From Candidatus Limivicinus sp. (GTDB taxonomy: Bacteria; Bacillota; Clostridia; Oscillospirales; Oscillospiraceae): a DNA stretch of 64,000 bases. Below, piece by piece: positions 63,637-64,000 of the stretch. Positions within the stretch are counted from its first letter, which is position 1, and every line of letters begins with the position of its first letter. The notes below the pieces were generated by a model. It was not told the DNA's origin. It did no database searches and saw only the letters and a list, made by a program, of their open reading frames with translations. Made by a program: the position numbers and the translations under genes. The stretch covers positions 7,683-71,682 of the forward strand of contig JBMNPZ010000007.1 of assembly GCA_050943875.1 (NCBI GenBank). The letters are read 5' to 3'.

Positions 63637-64000
63637 TCAGTCCTCCGTTTTTGCTTCATATTTGGGGTCTTTCCAGGCGAAGGAATAGGCATCCTCCAGG
63701 TAACCGAACTGTTCGCAGAGCAGCTCATAGCGCTCATTGTAAAAAATCTCGTTTGTGTAGGGGTCCATGCCGTCCACCCGCCAGCCCTCGGTGGTGGGGT
63801 CATTGAAAACCGTGGTGTTGATTTTGCAGTTCGGAAGCAGAGATATAATTTTCTCCACCTGCTCTGCCGGTATGGACCTTGAACTCCCCAGCCACAGGCG
63901 CTTAAGCCCTGTGAGATTATAGAGCGGGCTTATATCGCTCACATTGGGACAGCGGGCCATGTTCAGATGTCTCAGCTCCGTCAGGCCTCCCAGCGGGCTT
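63637..64000 (-). CDS. Leucine-rich repeat protein, C-terminal part (gene continues beyond window end)
   Basis: The reading frame stays open to position 64000. LRR units include LTELRHLNMARCPNVSDISPLYNLTGLKRLWL. Confidence 0.6.
   Translation of the reverse strand, partial: SPLGGLTELRHLNMARCPNVSDISPLYNLTGLKRLWLGSSRSIPAEQVEKIISLLPNCKINTTVFNDPTTEGWRVDGMDPYTNEIFYNERYELLCEQFGYLEDAYSFAWKDPKYEAKTED

Noticed and set aside
1-64000. CRISPR arrays, transposases/IS elements, prophage or integrase genes, toxin-antitoxin pairs, restriction-modification or other known defence systems
   Set aside because: No periodic short repeats, no recombinase/transposase/integrase-like translations and no nuclease-ATPase defence architectures were seen on either strand. 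The only repeat is the tRNA-Ser 3'-end duplication, reported separately.

Overview
This 64-kb window looks like core chromosome from an anaerobic, probably spore-forming Bacillota (Clostridia-like) bacterium. By eye it is GC-rich, with strong GC3 bias that produces many spurious long antisense ORFs. Signals pointing to this lineage are a CIRCE/hrcA operator, spoVAC, a SpoVK-like AAA+ protein, rubrerythrin and archaeal-type ProRS. I found no transposase, integrase, CRISPR array, rRNA or recognisable defence module. The dominant feature is a roughly 13-kb single-strand locus (25.9-39.1 kb). It encodes hypF-hypC-hypD-hypE plus a complete Mrp-linked, Mbh-like group 4 membrane-bound [NiFe]-hydrogenase, in a non-canonical gene order with hypA embedded. 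Other blocks:
- a nucleoside-salvage supercluster (psuG, BMP-type ABC importer, deoD, udk, tdk)
- a four-gene amino-sugar glycan cassette
- a Trp-specific T-box controlling an orphan trpB plus an NhaC-family transporter
- a group II PLP aromatic amino-acid decarboxylase flanked by two MATE exporters
- two translationally coupled MutS-domain-V-like ATPases
- a DeoR/glycerate kinase/ROK and Gfo-Idh-MocA/NagB-like sugar locus
- a stand-alone GMP synthase ATP-pyrophosphatase subunit next to ammonia-dependent nadE
- one tRNA-Ser(GGA) followed by a duplicated tRNA-3'-end/terminator module enclosing a structured GC-rich element

All functional calls come from motif recognition in the supplied translations. 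No database search was run.
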